Virus record (IMG/VR): IMGVR_UViG_3300028603_000021
Span: 64,001-128,000 of that record
Direction: 5' to 3' (one strand)
DNA length: 64,000 bases
Source: a virus
Taxonomy: Duplodnaviria > Caudoviricetes
Below, in pieces: positions 59,391 to 64,000 of the stretch. Each line of letters opens with the position of its first letter. Position 1 is the stretch's first letter. The notes under the pieces are model-generated. The model made no database searches. It was not told where the DNA came from and saw only the letters and a list, made by a program, of their open reading frames with translations. The position numbers and the translations under genes were made by a program.

Positions 59391-59516
59391 TTAGTCTTCT
59401 GGGATCAGTGCGAGAAGTTCTTCGAGGAACTTAACAAGGGGGTTCTCACCAACAGGTAGGTTTGGCTCAGGGACGTTAGTCTCGATAAGCTTCTTTACAT
59501 CGTCAGGAAGTTTCAT
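59391..59516 (-). CDS. 41-aa protein missing from the ORF track, paralogue of the Ig protein N-terminus
   Basis: MKLPDDVKKLIETNVPEPNLPVGENPLVKFLEELLALIPED; AGGAG RBS and TG-TAGAAT -10 upstream; stop 2 nt before the next ATG. Confidence 0.8.
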   Translation of the reverse strand: MKLPDDVKKLIETNVPEPNLPVGENPLVKFLEELLALIPED

Positions 59517-59612
59517 TCTTTTTCTCTCCTAGGGGCGAAAAGCGTCGCCTCGGTATGTACGTTAGTTAGGATTATTCTACCACAAGAACATGAACAACCT
59601 TATGATACCACG

Positions 59613-61232
59613 TCAGTTGCTGAAAACCCAAGTTCTGGTACCAGCGTCGAAGAGCTGTTCTGCTCCTCTCATGGCAGCAAGCTCTATCTCAGACCTAGCG
59701 TCGTTATCTGGAAGCCCGAGAGCCTCCCTGCTCTTGTGCTTCATGAAGTTAGCTCGGTTGTAAAGTCGGCCATCCATGAAGTAGAACAACGAAACCTTGT
59801 TTTCCCTCGTCATATCAAAACCAAGATTACCGTAGAGGGCTCCGTTGCTGTACCTGTTGTAAGAATAAGAAGTTATCTTCCCGGGTGGTCGATGTTTGAA
59901 CAGCTTAGAAAACCCGCCAACAACCACCGTACTCATGAGAGAGCAGAACCTGTCTAGCTCGTAACCGTCGTTCCTGGTAGAGAACCCCATAACCGAAACC
60001 AGCATACCGTCGTGTTCTAGCCCCAGCTTGACCTTAGAGTTCTTAGCACCCTCTAAGTGGTTGATGTCTAGAAACTCCCGGTAAGCAGAAGGAGATACAT
60101 CTACTACCTTACACTCGCGTGCATAGAGTTTGTTCTGTACTAGTCCTAGTGCATTATATATCATACTTCTGACTAGTTCTGGCTTTTCGTCTATCTCATT
60201 ACCCCAGAACTGCAACAGCCTTATACCTTGCTCTTCGCACTCTATAAACTTCTTGTAGTGGTACTGACGGTCTTGCAGCATCCGGTGGGTATGGAAGTAC
60301 TCTCCGTTTATCTCTATAGCTAGCTTTTTCTCCGGGAAGTACAGATCTAGCTCTTTGCGGCCGATGATGCCCCTCTTGTTAACCTCGTAGCTTTCCCCGA
60401 TATCGTCTAACCATCCTATGATACGGTTATGCTGTGTAGATATATTGGAACTGCAACGTGGGCAACGGATACCAGCTAGATGAGAATAGAGATTCTGAGA
60501 GACTTCCCCGTGTTCTTTGCACCTATACGTCAGCGTGCCAGATTCCAAGCTGATATACTCATAGAGATCACCATGTACTTCCCTGGCTCTTTTTTCCGCC
60601 TCTTCTAAGGTAGTTCTGGGTCGTCGAGAGTTTACTTGGTAAGAGCAAGTCCTACATCCTTGTCCATTCAGGTGTTTATCGTAGGTCTGAGTAAAGACAC
60701 CGTGGATAGGACAGACAAACTTGCCCCTGGTGTAAGCCAGCCTAGAGATAGTTTCTGGTATGAGGTGGTATAGATATTTTTCTCCGTGAACTTCTCTAGC
60801 CTTCTCGACGAACTCTTCACGAGACATCTCTACCACAAGGGCTTCACTAGCACATTCCCTACAGCCATAGCCGTCTAAGTGAGATGAAGCTCTCTGTTTG
60901 AACTTACCGTGAACCGGGCAGATTATCGTTACCGGGTTTCTAGTTTCCGTGAAGTTGGCTTTCGAATAGTCGAACTTATCCCCGTGAACCTCTCTAGCAC
61001 GCTTCTCAAAGTCTTCCGGAGTCATGGATATGCTGGCGATATAGCAATCCCTACAACCCTGTCCCCTGTTGAGGTGGTTTCCCGGAGTCATATCGAAGTT
61101 ACCGTGCTCTGGGCAAATTATCGTTACCGGAACTTTACTACCTCGATAGTCCACCTTGTCATAAACATATCTATCACCGTGAATTTTGCGGGCTTTTCTG
61201 ACGAATTCTTCCTTATTACTTTTCTTAGCCAT
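59613..61232 (-). mobile_element. homing-endonuclease-like gene copy E (4 repeats + Vsr-like + GNAT-like)
   Basis: ELDLYFPEKKLAIEINGEYFH; ELDRFC...VGGFSKL; promoter TTGACT-18-TATACT 5 nt before ATG 61232. Confidence 0.8.
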
Positions 61233-61353
61233 GATGTAGTATAACACATTGGATTCCTCTGAGTCAATACCCTACTCCAACACTAAGGAAAATACACGAT
61301 ACCCTTGACCCTTAGGGAGTAGTTACTGTTCTAATGGTATCCAATGAGGTCAC

Positions 61354-61385
61354 AAAAAGAACCGGGTAGGATGATTCCTACCCGG
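61354..61385 (-). terminator. intrinsic terminator after the major capsid gene
   Basis: CCGGGUAGGA-AUCA-UCCUACCCGG followed by UUCUUUUU. Confidence 0.9.
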
Positions 61386-61411
61386 CTGGTTTATGGCTTA
61401 GAAACCCCGTC

Positions 61412-62806
61412 CTAGACGGCGTTACTTTGCCCGACGTTTACAATTGCGAAGTTGAATTCTGGTGCTCGGGCATACAGGCTAACCACGTGGCGGATAGCCA
61501 AATCTCTGTTCAGCACCTGTGGGAGTTGTACCTGCTCAAGTGGGATCCACTGTGCAAGTGCAGTAGTGCGGAAATCCACACCAACTACATTACCTGTACC
61601 AGGGATACGTTCGTAGGTAAAGCTACCATACCCAGAGGTCAAGGTCTGATGGCCGTTGTCGGTGAAAGAGAAGCTCGTCCCGTAGACAGGAACTTTAGTA
61701 AGGAACTTAAACTCACCGCCGTTATCAGAACGGAAGATGATAACCCACTTAGTAGAAGCATCCACAGTGGCTGAAAGATCCGCAGCGTAGTTAGTACTTC
61801 CATCGGGCGTTGCTGGCCCACTTCCTGGCACAGCAGCAGATTCTCCGTAGAAGTTTGCAGCCTTAATCTGGTAGGTGTAGCTACCGTTAGCAAGACGGGT
61901 TGTGGTAGCCGTAGTGTTGTTGCTTACGGTTAGGGTTCCAGGAGCAGGTGGACGAGCGAACTCCCCGCCGGTGTTACCGAAGCCGATGTCCGTGAACTTA
62001 TCCCAGTCTCCGAGGAAACGTGAGGTTACAAGCTCGCTTTCTCCGTATGCAGAGATGTAGCTCTGTGCATCGGCTCCCAGGAGGCCAGCAGCACGTTCAG
62101 TCTGGCTGGTACGTGCGATCTGGTAGAAGCTCTGCTGTAGGTTGATCTTGTCAACAGGTGACATGAAGACTACATCAGGACGAGCCATGCCTTGTGTCTG
62201 GTAGACTTTGTTCTCTGCAACCCAGAGGGCAGCAAGAGAAAGAGGAGCACCCTTGAGGTCAAGGATATTCTGTGGCGCACCGCGCTTGACCATCGTAGGA
62301 ACACCATCGAACTGAAGGTTTCCGGGGGAGTCGAACTCGGTCGAGCCGAAGGCGCGGTTCCCGTGGAACATCATCCATTCGGTTTCTTCCATCACGGCTA
62401 CCATCTTCTCGTTGCGTGCAGTCTGCTCAGCAGTCTGGATACCTTCGCGGGTAGTAGCAACGGCAAGCTCTGTGATGGTGATGCGGTGACCGATCAGGCT
62501 CGGGCGGGTACGACGACGAACTACGTCAGCGTCGATAGTACGGGGAATACCGCCGTCCTTGTACGCACCGTAGCCGATCTTGTCGTGACGTGAGGTCACG
62601 AGGCTGTACTCGTGCTCTAGAGCAGTTGCCTGTACCTTAGTAAGGCGCTCGTAGAACGGAGTTTCCAAGATGTTAAGGCGGGCAAGCTCGCCTTCAAGAT
62701 CCTGTCTTTCGAGGCCTTGTGCAACCTGGCTGGTGCCGTCGATTGCCTTGAGGACATCTGGGTGCAGGTGCTCTAGGTATTTCATGTGTTCTGGGTAGTA
62801 TGACAT
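61412..62806 (-). CDS. major capsid protein (HK97 fold with FN3-like insertion)
   Basis: LERQDLE, EWMMFHGN...LQFDG, ILDLKGAPLS; follows protease; AGGAGG RBS. Confidence 0.9.
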   Translation of the reverse strand: MSYYPEHMKYLEHLHPDVLKAIDGTSQVAQGLERQDLEGELARLNILETPFYERLTKVQATALEHEYSLVTSRHDKIGYGAYKDGGIPRTIDADVVRRRTRPSLIGHRITITELAVATTREGIQTAEQTARNEKMVAVMEETEWMMFHGNRAFGSTEFDSPGNLQFDGVPTMVKRGAPQNILDLKGAPLSLAALWVAENKVYQTQGMARPDVVFMSPVDKINLQQSFYQIARTSQTERAAGLLGADAQSYISAYGESELVTSRFLGDWDKFTDIGFGNTGGEFARPPAPGTLTVSNNTTATTTRLANGSYTYQIKAANFYGESAAVPGSGPATPDGSTNYAADLSATVDASTKWVIIFRSDNGGEFKFLTKVPVYGTSFSFTDNGHQTLTSGYGSFTYERIPGTGNVVGVDFRTTALAQWIPLEQVQLPQVLNRDLAIRHVVSLYARAPEFNFAIVNVGQSNAV

Positions 62807-62838
62807 ATCTTACTTATATCCTCCTGGGGAATATGATA

Positions 62839-63999
62839 TCAAAGGTTGTTGTTCTCGTACTTGTTAACGTACTGATAGAACTTTGGTTGACTGATGCCTA
62901 GTAAATTCTCTGCCTTGCTGAGAACTCGTCCCCTCTTCTGTGAATGTGCTTGCGAGTATCCCTTGATTGCTACATACTCTGAGATAAACGACTTAAGTGT
63001 ATCCAACTGTTCGGGGTTAAGTTCACCTTCTTTAGAGTTTACCACACTTTTTTGAACAATTTCTGAAGTAGTCTCTGTACTACTGTCAACAGCTACTCCA
63101 GGCTTGACAACACGTGGTTCTGGACTCTTATTAACAACTGACTTAACTACCGTAGTTTCGTTGGTCAGTTTGTTTATGATCTTAGCTACAACACGGTCTT
63201 CCCAGCCTTCTAGGATTCCCTTTATAGCCGCGCCAAACTTTTCAGTTGACTCGTCAGAAAGCTCAACGACTGAAGACTTGATAACAGGAGGAGTTTCAGA
63301 AACCTGAGATTCACCTGGTACTTCGTCAGTAAGTTCGTCTTCTGTGCCGAACACTTCTTGTCCACCACCCCCGTCAACGATAGTCTGTAGGGCGTCTAGG
63401 ATGCTGTCAAGCTTGTCTAGGATCATAGACTGGGCTTCGTCTTCCTGTTGCTCTCCGCCAGAGTCGTCTCCAACCAGTGAGTCGAGAAGGTTATCGACTG
63501 CTTCGTCGCCTTCGTCGCCCATGGCGTCTTCCATGGGGTCGCCAAGACCTTCTACGTCTGAGTCCATGTCAGCAGCATCACCGGCAAGGTCGCCAGCGTC
63601 TGCGCCTAGCTCCGCTTCGTCTGACTGAAGCTCGCTTTCATCGGCTTGAAGCTCACCCTCATCCGCCCCAACGAGGGTGTCCTCGTCAAGCTCTGGGGTT
63701 GCTTTCAGCACTTTCTTTTTGTCTGCCATAAGATATTCTATATCCTCCTTGATGTTTATGTAGCTCTCGAACACGTGAACCTTTCCGGAATCTCCATGTA
63801 CGGTTGACTTGACTACTAGCTGGTTTTTGTTGCTGTCGAACAGAACACTGTCTGGTACTATCGTGTGATACGCTGTTTCTTGGTCGTCTGCGCTCGTGTC
63901 GTTAAGCATGCTCTTCATAGCGTATGCCCACGTGCGAGTCTTGGGGTTTACTGGTTCGGGGGTTACTGATACTTCGTAGAGAAGAAGCTCTGGAAGATA
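62839..63999 (-). CDS. prohead protease fused to acidic scaffold (5'-truncated by window)
   Basis: Frame is open to the window end and reads LLYEVSVTPEPVNP (HK97-type protease motif) upstream of the called Met; acidic scaffold-like tail. Confidence 0.8.
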   Translation of the reverse strand, partial: YLPELLLYEVSVTPEPVNPKTRTWAYAMKSMLNDTSADDQETAYHTIVPDSVLFDSNKNQLVVKSTVHGDSGKVHVFESYINIKEDIEYLMADKKKVLKATPELDEDTLVGADEGELQADESELQSDEAELGADAGDLAGDAADMDSDVEGLGDPMEDAMGDEGDEAVDNLLDSLVGDDSGGEQQEDEAQSMILDKLDSILDALQTIVDGGGGQEVFGTEDELTDEVPGESQVSETPPVIKSSVVELSDESTEKFGAAIKGILEGWEDRVVAKIINKLTNETTVVKSVVNKSPEPRVVKPGVAVDSSTETTSEIVQKSVVNSKEGELNPEQLDTLKSFISEYVAIKGYSQAHSQKRGRVLSKAENLLGISQPKFYQYVNKYENNNL

Positions 64000-64000
64000 G

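Noticed and set aside
20336-61232. Group I introns, inteins or IS elements hosting the endonucleases
   Set aside because: Flanking genes are intact, intergenic gaps are too short for intron cores, and no terminal repeats or transposase motifs were seen
20000-64000. Many short plus-strand ORFs in the ORF track
   Set aside because: They are antisense to long, motif-supported minus-strand genes and show no family motifs
1-64000. Alternative genetic code, often linked to theta ribozymes
   Set aside because: Long conserved genes are uninterrupted under the standard code, and TAG, TGA and TAA all end well-supported genes

Overview
The window is a gene-dense segment of a large contractile-tailed (myovirus) phage genome, with no rRNA, tRNA or canonical CRISPR array. 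Left third (about 1-19.9 kb): DNA replication, recombination and nucleotide metabolism genes, namely HD hydrolase, IMPDH/GMP reductase, DnaX-like clamp loader, DEDD exonuclease, thioredoxin, RecA, Rad52-type annealase, DnaB and an HTH initiator, then divergently a RuvC-like resolvase, ThyX, beta clamp, two-OB-fold SSB, dNMP kinase, dUTPase, DnaG, Cas4/RecB-like nuclease and mini-GroES. Right two thirds (about 20-64 kb, minus strand): morphogenesis module running from prohead protease/scaffold and major capsid through neck, sheath, two tube genes, a -1 frameshifted tail chaperone, two tape-measure-like genes, hub, spike, PAAR, wedge and fibre to a holin. A Deinococcota-like diderm host is inferred from the two-OB SSB, many leaderless -10 promoters and a phage-encoded outer-membrane beta-barrel. 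Main finds: (1) a minimal HDV-like self-cleaving ribozyme (15603-15658), not tRNA-linked, followed directly by an unclassified RNA with three T-loop-like hairpins, between ssb and the dNMP kinase gene; (2) five paralogous stand-alone genes, each with its own promoter, encoding tandem zinc-binding repeats + a Vsr-like nuclease + a Mom/GNAT-like domain, inserted behind core structural genes; (3) a 28-33-28 bp repeat/palindrome element upstream of the recombination operon; (4) several degenerate decoy-like proteins (papain-like, macrodomain, GroES); (5) an unannotated 41-aa ORF paralogous to the N-terminus of the Ig-domain protein. All assignments come from motif recognition by eye; no searches were run.
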